The notes beneath the pieces are model-generated. The model was not told where the DNA came from. It worked only from the letters and a program-made list of their open reading frames with translations, and searched no databases. From contig NIVC01002314.1 of assembly GCA_002269645.1 (NCBI GenBank), forward strand, positions 120,491 through 184,490: 64,000 nt of DNA, read 5' to 3'. Below, one piece after another: positions 39,456 to 53,483 of this stretch; position 1 is the first letter of the stretch, and the number at the start of each line of letters is the position of its first letter. Source of the DNA: Macrostomum lignano (lineage: Eukaryota). The translations under genes and the position numbers were made by a program.

Positions 39456-40224
39456 CAAGGAGTTGTAGGTGCAGAATCATCGGGAGTGGATAAAGAAGTT
39501 TGTAGACTCTCAGATATTTAATTAGTTATATTCCTTAAATGTGTTTCGACTCCAGACTCAAGACTCAACTGTCCTTGGCTCTGTAATCAGACGGGACTTT
39601 CTTAACACCCCCAACTTTTCTCTCAAACTAAAATAGAGACAAAAATTGAAAAAAAGACTCAAAAAAGACGGGGGGTCAGTGTAGAGCAGATAAAATTGCC
39701 CAAGTGAAAATTCTCCCACTGCTGCTGCTGCTGCTCAGTGTCCCCCCCCCCAGTAAACGTCTGTCAGGTTTTTGTTTACTTTGCTTTTGCTTTCTGTCCT
39801 GTCCCCTGAGTCCCTATATGCTTAATCTGGCCCCTCTCGTTTTGAGAGGGGTGGGTATGATTCCCGCTAATTCGGTTTGCTTTTCTCCTCAATTTGGACA
39901 TAGAATTAGGGGTGCTGGGTCAGTGCGATCACACAGTTCCCTCTGTTGCAGATTCTTATGGTTCCTTCTGGTCTGTCTAGGTAGGCATTTCTGAGAATCT
40001 TTTCGAAAGAGGATCCTTTTTAAACGGCTTTGTGTGTGTTTGTGTGTGCGTTTCTTGGAAAAGTCTTTGTGGACCGGTGAGATGACAGGCCTTCTGGATT
40101 CCACTTGAATATAAACTGCTTTCTTCACAAAGACCAGTGATCTTAGTTGTAAATGTTTTTAATTTTGCTTCTCGCTCGTCTCTGCCGTTGCTTGCAATGA
40201 CGTTTGACTAAGTGGGGTTATTAG

Positions 40225-41580
40225 TGAGTTCTTGAGTGAGTTCATGAATAATAAGTTCATGGGTGAGTTCATAGTAAAGTTTATGAGTGAGTTCATCAGT
40301 GAGTTCATGAGTGAGTGAGTTCATGAGTGATTCCATATTTGAGTTCATGAGTGATTCCATAGTTGAGTTCATGAGTGATTCCATATTTGAGTTCATGAGT
40401 GATTCCATAGTTGAGTTCATGAGTGATTCCATATTTGAGTTCATGAGTGATTCCATAGTTGAGTTCATGAGTGATTCCATATTTGAGTTCATGAGTGATT
40501 CCATAGTTGAGTTCATGAGTGATTCCATATTGAGTTCATGAGTGAGTGAGTTCATGAGTGATTCCATAGTTGAGTTCATGAGTGATTCCATAGTTGAGTT
40601 CATGAGTGATTCCATAGTTGAGTTCATGAGTGATTCCATAGTTGAGTTCATGAGTGATTCCATAGTTGAGTTCATGAGTGATTCCATAGTTGAGTTCATG
40701 AGTGATTCCATAGTTGAGTTCATGAGTGATTCCATAGTTGAGTTCATGAGTGATTCCATATTTGAGTTCATGAGTGATTCCATAGTTGAGTTCATGAGTG
40801 ATTCCATAGTTGAGTTCGTGAGTGATTCCATAGTTGAGTTCATGAGTGATTCCATAGTTGAGTTCGTGAGTGAGCTCATTGGTGAGTTCATGAGTGATTC
40901 TATATTTGAGTTCATGAGTGATTCCATAGTTGAGTTCAATGAGTGATTCCATATTTGAGTTCATGAGTGATTCCATATTTGAGTTCATGAGTGATTCCAT
41001 AGTTGAGTTCAATGAGTGATTCCATAGTTGAGTTCATGAGTGATTCCATATTTGAGTTCATGAGTGATTCCATAGTTGAGTTCATGAGTGATTCCATATT
41101 TGAGTTCATGAGTGATTCCATAGTTGAGTTCATGAGTGATTCCATAGTTGAGTTCATGAGTGATTCCATATTTGAGTTCATGAGTGATTCCATAGTTGAG
41201 TTCATGAGTGATTCCATAGTTGAGTTCATGAGTGAGTGAGTTCATGAGTGATTCCATAGTTGAGTTCATGAGTGATTCCATAGTTGAGTTCATGAGTGAT
41301 TCCATAGTTGAGTTCGTGAGTGAGTGAGTTCATGAGTGATTCCATATTTGAGTTCATGAGTGATTCCATAGTTGAGTTCATGAGTGATTCCATAGTTGAG
41401 TTCGTGAGTGAGCTCATTGGTGAGTTCATGAGTGATTCCATATTTGAGTTCATGAGTGATTCCATAGTTGAGTTCAATGAGTGAGTTCATTGGTGAGTTA
41501 AAGACTCATTGGTGAGTTAAAGACTCATTGGTGAGTTAAAGAATGTATGAGCCAGCTCATGAGTTCACGAGTGATTCATA
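40225..41580. repeat. 24-nt minisatellite (GAGTTCATGAGTGATTCCATAGTT), about 50 copies with degenerate ends
   Basis: Direct tandem repeats. Confidence 0.96.
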
Positions 41581-42029
41581 CTGAGTCCTGGATCCCGACA
41601 ACCTGTTGCAGAATTCAAGCGAGCAATTAATGTTGTGCCATAAATCTTCATTGACACATAATTCCTCAACCAAGTTTGGATCTGTCCATAGAAACTAATT
41701 TGACTCAATTGGACACTGTAGGCTGCGAGCGTGACTAAGTGGACAAATGTCTTTACTGCTAACGAGTTGCTGAGTACACTATCAGTGTTTGACTGACTGT
41801 ACAATAACTGACACGTGCTCAAGCGAGCTGTTATTAATTAAAGTGTTTAGCAAACAGTCTACTTTCGCTTCAAGTGAAATCGCGCTCCCCAGACAAGGTT
41901 AAAAGAGGATTCGATGTCAGTTTCGGGGAACATTGGTGCTTGTTGCTGTGGCTGCAAAGTTGGGCCCATTTTTTGAATATTTCGAAGTATAGGTTTGAGC
42001 ATGGGTGATAGAAGAGCGCTTCTTCAGAG

Positions 42030-42398
42030 TTTTAAGGTTTAGTGTCTAGTGTTTATTGTTTGGTGTTTAGTGCTTAACGTTTAGTGTTTAGTGTTTACTA
42101 TTTAGTACTTTTATTGCTTAACATTTAGTGTTTAGTGTTTAGTGTTTATTGTTCGGTGTTTGGTGTTTAGTTCTTAACGTTTAGTGTTTAGTGTTTACTA
42201 TTTAGTACTTTTATTGCTTAACATTTAGTGTTTAGTGTTTAGTGTTTATTGTTCGGTGTTTGGTGTTTAGTGTTTATTGTTCGGTGTTTGGTGTTTAGTG
42301 CTTAACGTTTAGTGCTTAGTGTTTAGTGTCTATTGTTTATTGTTTGGTGTTTAGTGCTTTAGCGTTTAGCGTTTAGTGCTTCATGTTTAGTGTTTAAT
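42030..42398. repeat. (TTTAGTG)n-type simple repeat with an internal 100-nt duplication
   Basis: Visible heptamer runs; TTACTATTTAGTAC at about 42095 and 42195. Confidence 0.85.
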
Positions 42399-43499
42399 GT
42401 AAAAAAATTCGGTTAAAAAAATCTGCACTAGAAAACTCTCTGATTTCTTTAAAGCAAGGGGTGAGAAGAAAAGAGAAGGAATAGACGAGACGAGAAGAGA
42501 GATGAGAGGATAGAAGATGAGAAATAGAAGGGGAGAAGAGATTAGAGAGAGAAGATGAAAAAAGGTCGGAAAGGGAGATAGGACTGGAGATGAGAAAAGA
42601 GAGTTGAGAAGAGAATTAAACCTCGAGCATGCCGGATTGCTATCAGGTTAGGACGCTTCAAAAGGCCGGGGGTTGCTGACCACTTCTCTAGATCGAGCAT
42701 ACTATAGCAACTAATCGAATTGTAATCCTCAGGCATGTACAGTCACTGTGCCTGGGGGGGGACTTGCCCTTGATGGCTGTGAATCGCAACGACAAATCCA
42801 GCATGAATTCGATCCAGTCCTCACACTACGAGTATACAGAAAGTCATTCTTCACTTTCATGTTGACTGGGACTCAAGACGTTGTGTCCACTCGGGAGTCA
42901 ATGTCATGGCCTGGTTAGTAGCCATAGCCTCTATTGAATCGCGAAGATGATGGATGCTGCTACTCAGTTTGAATATTTTCCTCATCTCACCTGCAGCGGC
43001 AGTTTCTATTTCTCCCTATACAATCTATCAGCTCAATTCGAAAAAGTGAGAGCACACAAAGCCGACCCAATGCTCAAGAAATGTCAAAGAGAGCCGCTCC
43101 CGCTAACATCTGCTGCTTCCATTTTTGTGCTGTGTGTGCTAATCGGTAGATGGAAGCGCAATGCGAGCGAGGCTTAATGGAGCCTAGGACGGCCCCTCCT
43201 TGCTGAGCAAATATTGAGCAAGTCATATGGAGCCAGCGCATTGCAATAATAAATTCATGCCACTGATGCCACTTCTTCTCTGACCGGATCCTCTTATAGG
43301 CACAATATATGCTAAACTGGACAACTCTTCAGCGAAATCTTTTGATGAAGCGACACTGGAGGAGGTCCCGGCCGGGGTGTTTGTGTGCTCAAGCCAAGGA
43401 GGCTGCAAACTGAACTGCAACTTGGAGAGGGTAAGCAGCTCAACTCCACTCCACTGCCACAAAAATCCCTTTGTTTTAATTCACGAATACACTAATAAA

Positions 43500-43817
43500 A
43501 CTGCATGGTCCACCATCCTACGCCGGCGGCGACTTCAACTGGCGGGCCACGTGATCCGAGCCGAGGGCTACTGCCCCCTAACGTGCGAAGGACGTCCTGC
43601 TGCTCACCTTCCAGGGCCCGTTCAGGCGGGGTCAGGCCCGAACCAGTCGATACGTGGACTGCCTGCTGTGCGACTCTGCTGTGGCGCCCGACACTGCCAA
43701 CGGGGTGAACTTCGTCCACTCTCAGGCTCTGCGGCGCGCCATCTGATGCGCCCTGCTCTCACTGTGACTTGCATGAGGGGCTGCGTACTTTGCTGTTGAT
43801 TTTGTTGCTGTTGTTGG
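43500..43817 (+). mobile_element. 5'-truncated non-LTR retrotransposon 3' end (RTE-like), frameshifted
   Basis: ILRRRRLQLAGHVIR followed in another frame by VLLLTFQGPFRRGQARTSRYVDCL, typical of the region after the RT domain in RTE-type LINEs; ends in a (TTG)n-like tail. Confidence 0.7.
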
Positions 43818-44454
43818 TAAGGACTTTCTTCACCTTGGTGAGATAAGCTCAGTCAAGTCTCTAGATGCCAAGATGGAGAACTTTGTCATCGGCAAGGTCC
43901 ATGTTCCAATGCAGCTGGACCACGGGACGAAGCAGTCACCGTCATCTCATCCGCCAATGTAATTGAGTCACTGCAGTTTTTAAACTCCAAGTTCTAGCTT
44001 TCGGTCTCCTTGACCCAGGCCGCTCGTGCGGGGCTCTTCATTCTCGGGAAGGAAGGGGGCGAACGAATCTCAAAAAATGTTGATGATGCAAGCTTGAAAT
44101 TGAAATTCTGACGGCTCACAAGTGGCATAACTTCTCCCCCTGAGTGTCTCTTCCTGTTGCTTATATAATTGCCCTTACCTTTGGACAAACTGCCATACTC
44201 TTCATCAAGTAGATAAGGCTCGTGTCAATTTTAATATCAAGCCCCGACAAGTGTGCACACGTCGACTCCCCGTTGCTCACGCGCCGCTCAGAGTCCAGCA
44301 ATCAAAGTGGATCTCAACTCGATGCCGAAAGGCGGGGCATCTTTTTTTAAAGGGAAAAAACTCATTTTTAATTGTCTGTTCCAGCTCAATTACAATTATG
44401 AGATTAAAATTGTGAAGAGTGAAATTTAAGGAACTAATTTTAATTGCTCGCACC

Positions 44455-44880
44455 TTGACCCGTCAGCCTGACCAACCAGCCTGACCCACCGGCTTGATCC
44501 GTTAGCCTGACCCACCAGCCTGACCCACCAGCCTGACCGACCAGCCTGACCCACCAGCCTGACCCGTCAGCCTGACCCACCAGCCTGACCCGTTAGCCTG
44601 ACCCACCAGCCTGACCCACCAGCCTGACCGACCAGCCTGACCCACCAGCCTGACCCGTCAGCCTGACCCACCAGCCTGACCCGTTAGCCTGACCCACCAG
44701 CCTGACCCAACAGCCTGACCGACCAGCCTGACCCACCAGCCTGACCCGTCAGCCTGACCCACCAGCCTGACCCGTTAGCCTGACCCACCAGCCTGACCCA
44801 CCGACCGCCTGACCCAACCAAGCCTGTGACCCACCAGTGACCTCACCCTTCAGCCTGATCAAACATCCTGACCCACCAGC
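44455..44880. repeat. 13-nt minisatellite (CAGCCTGACCCAC) organised as a 91-nt (7-unit) higher-order repeat
   Basis: The GTTAGCCTG variant recurs at 44501, 44592, 44683 and 44774. Confidence 0.93.
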
Positions 44881-44902
44881 GTGAACTTCCAATTTCAAAT
44901 GC

Positions 44903-45257
44903 TATGGGCGCCACTTTCTAATCTGATGGGCGCCACTTTCTAATCTGATGGGCGCCGCTTTCTAATTTGATGGGCGCCACTTTTTAATCTGATGGGCGCC
45001 ACTTTCTAATCTGATGGGCGCCACTTTCTAATCTGATGGGCACCACTTTCTAATCTGATGGGCACCACTTTCTAATCTGATGGGCGCCACTTTCTAATCT
45101 GATGGGCGCCGCTTTCTAATCTGGTGGGCGCCGCTTTCTAATCTGGTGGGCGCCACTTTCTAATCTGATGGGCGCCACTTTCTAATCTGATGGGCGCCAC
45201 TTTCTAATCTGATGGGCGCCACTTTCTAATCTGGTGGGCGCCACTTTCTAATCTGGC
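44903..45257. repeat. 22-nt minisatellite (TGATGGGCGCCACTTTCTAATC), about 16 copies
   Basis: Direct tandem repeats. Confidence 0.95.
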
Positions 45258-47340
45258 CACTTACTTCCTACCGCATTCCCTTGTCTCGAGTTTCAAATCA
45301 CCCACTGTTGAACTGCAAGACACTGCCGAACTGAAGGGCCCCGTTCACACCCCCACAGCCATGGTCAGATGGCCCGGTCATAACTCAACTCAGCTTGCCA
45401 ATTAACTTCGTGCTCAAGTGGCTCAAGTGGCCACACGGCAGGAGAGAATATCCTCTCCGAGGGGAGCAGGGAGGGTAAGGGGAAAAGGGGAAAGGGGAGA
45501 TGATCTCCTGGATCCTCAGGGGCGCCGCATACCACTGAGTATAATATATAACATAGTCAGAGTCCGAGACGCAGAAGACACCACAGAATGAGTATAAGGG
45601 GAATTTTTTGTTGAGAATTTTCCCTGTTGATTCCCACGGACTCAACGCATGTTGACTCAAGCAAGCCGCCACTCTCAGTTCAACTCAATAAGAAGGAGGA
45701 AGCAAATTTAGTGAGGTGGGGGTTGGTGGTTTTTGAGCAGTTTTTGACGGCTATAGTCCCAGTTTTCTACCCATAGTCCCAGTGTTGAGAACCTGTTGGG
45801 CAGTCTGTTGCTGCTCTAGACTGGAGCTCCCCGTGTTCTCATGCCAGTGAGAATCGAACCCGATGTTTCTCCAGCTCAAACCCTTGGAAGACATTGGGAA
45901 ACTTCAAGACTCAGCTAACCCCTGCTGCCCTCCCGCAGCTGAAGATCGCCTGTAATTTAAGGCAGCGATATGAGGATCTTATTTCGAGTTTCAACTCTTA
46001 TATACATACATACCTGCAGTGTGGTTTCTGAGAACCCAGTAATGCTTTGCTCCATTTTTTTCTGCTTCCGTGCAAGAGAGAACATGTAGAAAAGAAAAAA
46101 TTGTTTTTGAGAATCCAACCCATCTGTGACATCTCATTGTTCCTGTCCTCTCTCCTCACCCATGCTTTCTCCTGTCTAAGCTGCATGGCTAATTGATTAG
46201 GCACAACAAGCAGCTTACCTGTCTTAGCTCAATTCTTAAACTCAATTGCGCTCGAGTCGGAGGACGACAGTAAAAAAACTTAATCCCTTTGACAGGCCTT
46301 CTCAAGCTCTTGAATTGTTTTGTTGCCAGCTTGACTTAGCACCATGCCTCCCCAGTTCAACAAGTCTCAAGCCTTTAGTCCAACCGCTAAGGGGGGTCGC
46401 GTGCCAGCCATCACCCCCCCCCCCTTGTCAAACGGTTTCTCATTCAAACCGTTCAAAGTTGTTTTTTGCCAGCGCGTTCCGGTCCTGTGAGTTCTTCCGA
46501 GTCTCTCTGATGGCCGGAATCGGTTTTTGTTGCCACTTTTTTCTCTCTTCGGTAGTTCGCATCCTTTCTCTTATTATATTTAGTCTGCCTGCTGATCTGG
46601 GCAATTCGCCACTTTCCCTGTCTGAGTCGTGTTCTCATCTCCGCATAGATACAAAGACTCTCTCTCTCCCCAGCCACACAAACAATTTATAGGGAAATTC
46701 CCTTGTCTTGTTGCCACCCGGACTGAACAAGACTAATACTGCAGTTGAGGAGGAGGCTCTATTGAGACTCATTGTTGCACACCTCGACTTTGCCCGAGTC
46801 GAGGCCGGCCGTGTTTGCACTCTCACGCACACCGCGCGGACAGCAAGCTGAATCTAACTTATTCAAGATAATTATGCGAACCATTTTGTGTATAGAAGAT
46901 GCTACATTGATGGCACAAGTCACGCCTCCGAGTCTGTATATATATATATTTATATAGATTGGATCAATAACTATCCTTATACTGTAGTATCCAACGGAAT
47001 TGAACTTCCGGAAGTGCAAACTGACACCAACTAAACTGTCTACACAGCATCCCTGATCCTCATACAGCATGGCCTTAAGAATGTCGAGAAGAATTCATGT
47101 GTTTTCTCACTGTGCACACATTAATGGTGAGCTGCTGGCCAAATAACTGCGGGTCTATATCGCCTCTATCGTCAATAGGTACGAGTGTCAATGCAGTTTT
47201 CAAAACGGGAGAACTTCTGACACCGCCAAGCATAACTCTATGGCCAAAACTGACTGTGTTTCTATTTGTGTTCACTTTCTTCTTTTTAGGTGTGTGAGCA
47301 GCTCAATTTAATTTCTATTAAGCCATTCTGCGTGCAAATT

Positions 47341-48105
47341 AGGTGCGCCAAACACAGGAGCGCAAGTTTCAGGTGGCGCCAAACACAGGAGCGCAAGTTT
47401 CAGGTGGCGCCAAACACAGGAGCGCAAGTTTCAGGTGGCGCCAAACACAGGAGCGCAAGTTTCAAGTGGCGCCAAACACAGGAGCGCAAGTTTCAGGTGG
47501 CGCCAAACACAGAAGCGCAAGTTACAGGGGGGTGTGGCGCCAAACACAGAAGCGCAAGTTACAGGGGGGTGTGGCGCCAAACACACTAGCGCAAGTTACA
47601 GGGGGGTGTGGCGCCAAACACAGAAGCGCAAGTTACAGGGGGTGTGGCGCCAAACACAGAAGCGCAAGTTACAGGGGGGTGTGGCGCCAAACACAGAAGC
47701 GCAAGTTACAGGGAGGAGGTGGCGCCAAACACAGGAGCGCAAGTTACAGGTGGCGCCAAACACAGGAGCGCAAGTTACAGCACAGGGAGGAGGTGGCGCC
47801 AAACACAGGAGCGCAAGTTACAGGTGGCGCCAAACACAGGAGCGCAAGTTACAGGTGGCGCTAAACAGAGGAGCGCAAGTTTTAGGTGACGCCAAACACA
47901 GGAGCGCAAGTTACAGGTGGCGCCAAACAGAGGAGCAAAAGTTTCAGGTGGCGCCAAACACAGAAGCGCAAGTTACAGGTGGCGCCAAACACAGGAGCGC
48001 AAGTTACAGGGAGGAGGTGGCGCCAAACACAGAAGCGCAAGTTACAGGGAGGAGGTGGCGCCAAACACAGGAGCGCAAGTTATAGGCGGGGATCTGGCGC
48101 CAAAT
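47341..48105. repeat. 31-nt minisatellite (GGTGGCGCCAAACACAGGAGCGCAAGTTTCA) with longer G-rich variants, about 23 copies
   Basis: Direct tandem repeats, with variants clustered in blocks. Confidence 0.93.
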
Positions 48106-49435
48106 AACAGATCTATAATACATGTATTCTTCGGTCCATTCGGTCACTTCATAACTGCATTCAATGCGTAAGCCACTTCAATGGCTTCCTCTATTCCAAC
48201 TCCGGCCCGGCCCGTCCCGCGGCAGAGTGTAAAATGAGAAGGGGTGCCCCCGCAGTTTGATACACGAGAGCTGCTGCAACTCTTACTGCAGTCACTCCAC
48301 TCCTCAAACTGAACTGAGCAACTTGAGCTTGCATTACATTCCTTTATTCCTCCATTCCCCCCCCCAGCGAGTTGAACACCAGAGTGAAAGTAGAGAGAAA
48401 ATGACTGTCCGGTGGATTGCAAGCGAGAGAATCGCGGCAATATTTGAGAGCTGCACCACGTGTGTCGCAGATGGCGTCTCTTGTAGGGACTTTCACCCAC
48501 CACCCAGCCGCCCGCCACAGTAAAATGCATGCTGCGCGGCCTCTTCAATATAACAGTCGCACCTCGCTGCAATGTGCATGCTCACTTAAAAAGCTGCCTG
48601 CACACCCCGTCCCTCAATCAAACGGTGAATAAAATGGTTGTTTCGGATTGGGAAGAATGTCAGCGAATGCAAAAAAAAGTTTCCCAAAAAAATTCATTTT
48701 TTTCTCGCAGACCAAAACTCAACATATACTGCGTTGAGCACCTTCTCACTCCCCCCCCTTGAGTCTATATTTTCCGCGCTGCACTCAACTGACTCGCGGT
48801 CACCAAGCAGGGGTTCCAGCAGTTGATCATGGGGCAAGGCAGGTATAGCCAGAGGTGGTGTCGGGTGCTGCACTGGGGGCCTCTTAAATTACCAAATAGC
48901 CGCACACGGGCGCGTTTTCCTCTCGAAGTTTTTCTTAAATATATTCCATTGGCCGGCTCAACTTCACGAACCCGCAAGGGCGGTCGCGAGCAACATCTGT
49001 TGTTGAATGTCTTCGCTTTCCATTGCTCTGCTCTGCTCTCTCTCTCTATCCCATGCCATGCCTGTTTGCCTCACCAGTGACTGCCTATAGAGTTGACTGA
49101 AGTATGGCTCTAAGTATACGGCTAGCAAAGTATAATCTATAAAGGAATTGAATTAAAACTAATTTATAAAAAAGCACACGGCAGCGCATAGCTAATACTG
49201 CAGACAGATGTGCATTATAATAAGAACTAAGGGTCATGGCTATTGATCTTAGATTCTTAGAATTCATTCGGTTGCAAGGTCAAAGAATATAACTATAGAA
49301 GTTTGCCTACATAGATGTTTATTCTGTTGTTTTTTGCACAAGTTTCTCAAATTAATGCTGTATTCATTTTGAGTTGATTTTTAACAGTCGAACAAACACG
49401 ACTTCACGTTTATATGACTCTCTGCTTCAGTCAGC

Positions 49436-50250
49436 AATACCTGTCTACCAGTCCATACCTACCTGTCTACCAGTCCATACCTACCTGTCTACCAGTCCAT
49501 ACCTACCTGTCTACCAGTCCATACCTACCTGTCTACCAGTCCATACCTACCTGTCTACTAGTCCATACCTACCTGTCTACCAGTCCATACCTACCTGTCT
49601 ACCAGTCCATACCTACCTGTCTACCAGTCCATACCTACCTGTCTACCAGTCCATACCTACCTGTCTACCAGTCCATACCTACCTGTCTACCAGTCCATAC
49701 CTACCTGTCTACCAGTCCATACCTACCTGTCTACCAGTCCATACCTACCTGTCTACCAGTCCATACTTACCTGTCTACCAGTCCATACCTACCTGTCTAC
49801 CAGTCCATACTTACCTGTCTACCAGTCCATACCTATACCTGGTCTACCAGTCCATACCTACCTGTCTACCAGTCCATACCTACCTGTCTACCAGTCCATA
49901 CCTACCTGTCTACCAGTCCATACCTACCTGTCTACCAGTCCATACCTACCTGTCTACCAGTCCATACCTACCTGTCTACCAGTCCATACCTACCTGTCTA
50001 CCAGTCCATACTTACCTGTCTACCAGTCCATACCTACCTGTCTACCAGTCCATACTTACCTGTCTACCAGTCCATACCTATACCTGGTCTACCAGTCCAT
50101 ACCTACCTGGTCTACCAGTCCATATCTTCCGGGTCTACCAGTCTACACCTACCGGGTCTACCTACCAGTCTACCTACCAGTCTACACCTACCGGGTCTAC
50201 CTACCAGTCTACCTAACAGTCTACACCTACCGGGTCTACCAATTTATCTA
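49436..50250. repeat. 22-nt minisatellite (ACCTGTCTACCAGTCCATACCT), about 31 copies decaying at the right end
   Basis: Direct tandem repeats. Confidence 0.95.
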
Positions 50251-50899
50251 CCTAAACAGTCCACAACTACCACCCTATCATTCCATTTACCATAGTAACA
50301 GATTTTGTTCAGAAAAAAATTAGAGTCTATATTACCAAGCGTAATGCAAACAGAGTAATCTATAAGCACAAAAAATACGTACGAGTATAACAGACACAGG
50401 ACTATAGCACAGATTATTTAGGCTAAACTGTCAAAGTCACTCTACATAATAAGATTAAGACTGGTGCCCAGCACCGAATATTGTTGTATAACGTATGTAT
50501 ATCATAAATTCTTCACTGACAACACAACCGACAACCTGAGCTCATTGTACGCTCGTATATTCATTCAGGACAAGCTTCATAGTATGGGGGGAACCATACC
50601 TTTCTGAACCAAAAGTATGTACATAATTAGCTCTTCACCCACCCCCCCCCCGAGGGACTTTGTCTCACTGTCAAGTGCATAGCACTCTGGCAATAAGGGG
50701 ATTATTTTCCCAAACAATACTCTGGCTTAGCTAGACTGGGCCGGATTAACAAATCCACGAGGCTCACTCACTGCTCCCCCCCGCTCACGAGGAAGCAAAT
50801 TCCCAAAATGTGGACAAGCACCTCACCTCACCTCATCCCAAATATGATCCCAAATCCCAATGAAAATTATGCTTCTCCAGTCTCCCGATCCCTCGGAGA

Positions 50900-51177
50900 C
50901 GCGGCATCGTGAGCTGCACGAAAATTTCCCCAGCGGCACTCGTCCCCATTGGACGGGATAAATCTCCCGCCAGCCAATAGGAAGAGGCTAGCGGGGATCG
51001 GCTGAGGGTTCGGGGCCTCCTCCCCGACTCTGTTTGGGATTTATTAGCCGCCCAGCTGGGGAGCGATCGATTCTCCCACCAACATCCCATAAAAATCCCA
51101 ACAACTAAAGAGCTCCTCCCACAGCCCACAAAATATCCACAAAGCTTGTTCCTAAATATACACAAAATAATCTGAGA
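50900..51177 (+). promoter_or_regulatory. GC-rich putative PRDM13 promoter/5' region with CCAAT-type boxes
   Basis: ATTGG near 50948 and GCCAAT near 50973 in a CpG-rich segment just upstream of the ATG; inference only. Confidence 0.3.
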
Positions 51178-53452
51178 ATGCAGAAATCCCACAGCAAGCG
51201 GCTCGCCCCGCCAGAGGCCTGTCTGGCCGGCGTGGTGGCCGCCGAGGCCATCCCGGAGGGCCAGCGGACCGGACGGCTGGCCGAGGCGCCGCAGTTTGCC
51301 CGGACACTGCGCGACGAGCGACAGGTCGCGAACTTTGTAGCGGTAAGTCTTTTAGTTGGCGTTTTGGGTAACAGACGAGAGTAACTTGACTAAATATCCC
51401 TGCGCTTAGATGGGGGGGGGGCGAACTCCGGCCCGCGAATCCTCTCTATCCGGCCGTCGGGTCCTTTGAAACTTCACAATAGCAATCTGGCCCGCTCAAG
51501 GTTCGTCTCTTCTCTCCCCTCTTCTCTCCTCTTCTCTCGCCTCATCTCACCCCTCTTCTCTCCCCTCTTCCCTCCCCTCTTCTCTCCCCTCTTCTCTCCC
51601 CTCTTCCCTCCCTCTTCTCTCCCTCTCTCCCCCTCTCTCGCCTCATCTCACCCCTCTTCTCTCCCCTCTTCCCTCCCCTCTTCTCTCCCCTCTTCTCTCC
51701 CCTCTTCTCTCCCCTCTTCTCTCCCCTCTTCTCTCCCTCTCTCCCCTCTTCTCTCCCCTCTTCTCTCCCCTCTTCTCTCCCCTCTTCTCTCCCCTCTTCC
51801 CTCCCCTCTTCTCTCCCCTCTTCTCTCCCCTCTTCTCCCCTCTTCCTCCCCTCTTCTCTCCCCTCTTCTTCTCTCCCCTCTTCTCTCCCCTCTTCTCCCC
51901 TCTTCTCTCGCCTCATCTCACTTCTCTTCTCTCCCCTCTTCTCTCCCCTCTTCTCTCCCCTCTTCTCCCCTCTTCTCTCGCCTCATCTCACTTCTCTTCT
52001 CTCCCCTCTTCTCTCCCCTCTTCTCTCCCCTCTTTTCTCCCTCTTCTCTCACCTCATCTCTCCCCTCTCTCTCCTCCTCTTCTCTACCCTCTTCTCTCTC
52101 TCCTCTCTCCTCTTTTCTCTTCATCCCATCTCTCGGCCCTCTCTTCTCTTCTCTCTCATTTTCAATTCCCTTCCCTTATCTGCAGGCATGAGCTGAATTC
52201 TTTATCTATAGCCCTTCAGGTAAAAAGGTTTGTCCGGGTAAACGGCGTGAGTAACTATTACTACTTTATGATATTTAAATGCTCCGTCATCTAAGTAGCT
52301 AAATGCGAATGCTTCCACCAGGTCCGCCCGGTGTTCCGTAAGCAGTCGACGGATGTCGGAGGCATCGTGGACGAGCAGGGCGGCTTGGCCTGGGTCACCC
52401 GGCTGCAGGGGGCGCGCGACCGGGCCGAGCAGAATCTCGAGCTGCTGCTACAGGAGGATCCGACTGAGGAGACGCCGGAGGGAACTCGGAGGGGATTTTG
52501 GTTGAGAGCGACTCGCGAGATTCGACCCGGAGAGCAGCTGCTGGTCTGGTTTTCCGACGCTTGCGCCATGCAGCTGGGAGTTCCCGTGCTGTCTGTGCTC
52601 AACATCAGAGGTGAGCGAGATGGGATCGGAGATGGGATCGGAGATGGGATCGGAGATGGGATCGGAGATGGGATCGGAGATGGGATCGGAGATGGGATCG
52701 GAGATGGGATCGGAGATGGGATCGGAGATGGGATCGGAGATGGGATCGGAGATGGGATCGGAGATGGGATCGGAGATGGGATCGGAGATGGGATCGGAGA
52801 TGGGATCGGAGATGGGATCGGAGATGGGATCGGAGATGGGATCGGAGATGGGATCGGAGATGGGATCGGAGATGGGATCGGAGATGGGATCGGAGATGGG
52901 ATCGGAGATGGGATCGGAGATGGGATCGGAGATGGGATCGGAGATGGGATCGGAGATGGGATCGGAGATGGGATCGGAGATGGGATCGGAGATGGGATCG
53001 GAGATGGGATCGGAGATGGGATCGGAGATGGGATCGGAGATGGGATCGGAGATGGGATCGGAGATGGGATCCTATTTCGGAGATCAAATCTCAACATGAT
53101 CAAATTGTTCCCTTCACCAACCCGCAGCGCATCACTGCTACCAGTGCCACCTGTGCCAGAGGAAGTTTCTCCACCCGAACGTGCTCAAGGCGCACCTGAT
53201 GCACGCATGCACCAGCGACTCGCTGCACCAACATCAGCAGCACCGCCTGGCCCCTCCACCGCTCCATCTGCCGTCGCCGCACCCGCTGCAGCTTCAACAG
53301 TTGCAGATGCAGCTCCAGCTGCAGCTGCAGCTTCAGCGCGGCATTCTCGAGTTCGCCGCCAACCATCGGGTCGCTCCTCCGCCGGACCTGCTCGCCCTGC
53401 TCCGCCGGTTCGGCCAGCAGCCTCCGTCATCTGCACCGACGCTGCCACCGCC

Positions 53453-53483
<31 letters not shown>

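Noticed and set aside
46740-47290. Protein-like fragments (EEALLRLIVAHLDFARV; LNFRKCKLTPTKL) and a strong plus-strand acceptor at 47289
   Set aside because: Short, interrupted by stops, and no recognisable family; a gene or pseudogene cannot be supported without a database search.
39550-49100. Short ORFs (60-170 aa) between the arrays as exons of a hidden gene
   Set aside because: No consistent strand, splice phases or recognisable motifs, apart from the RTE-like fragment.
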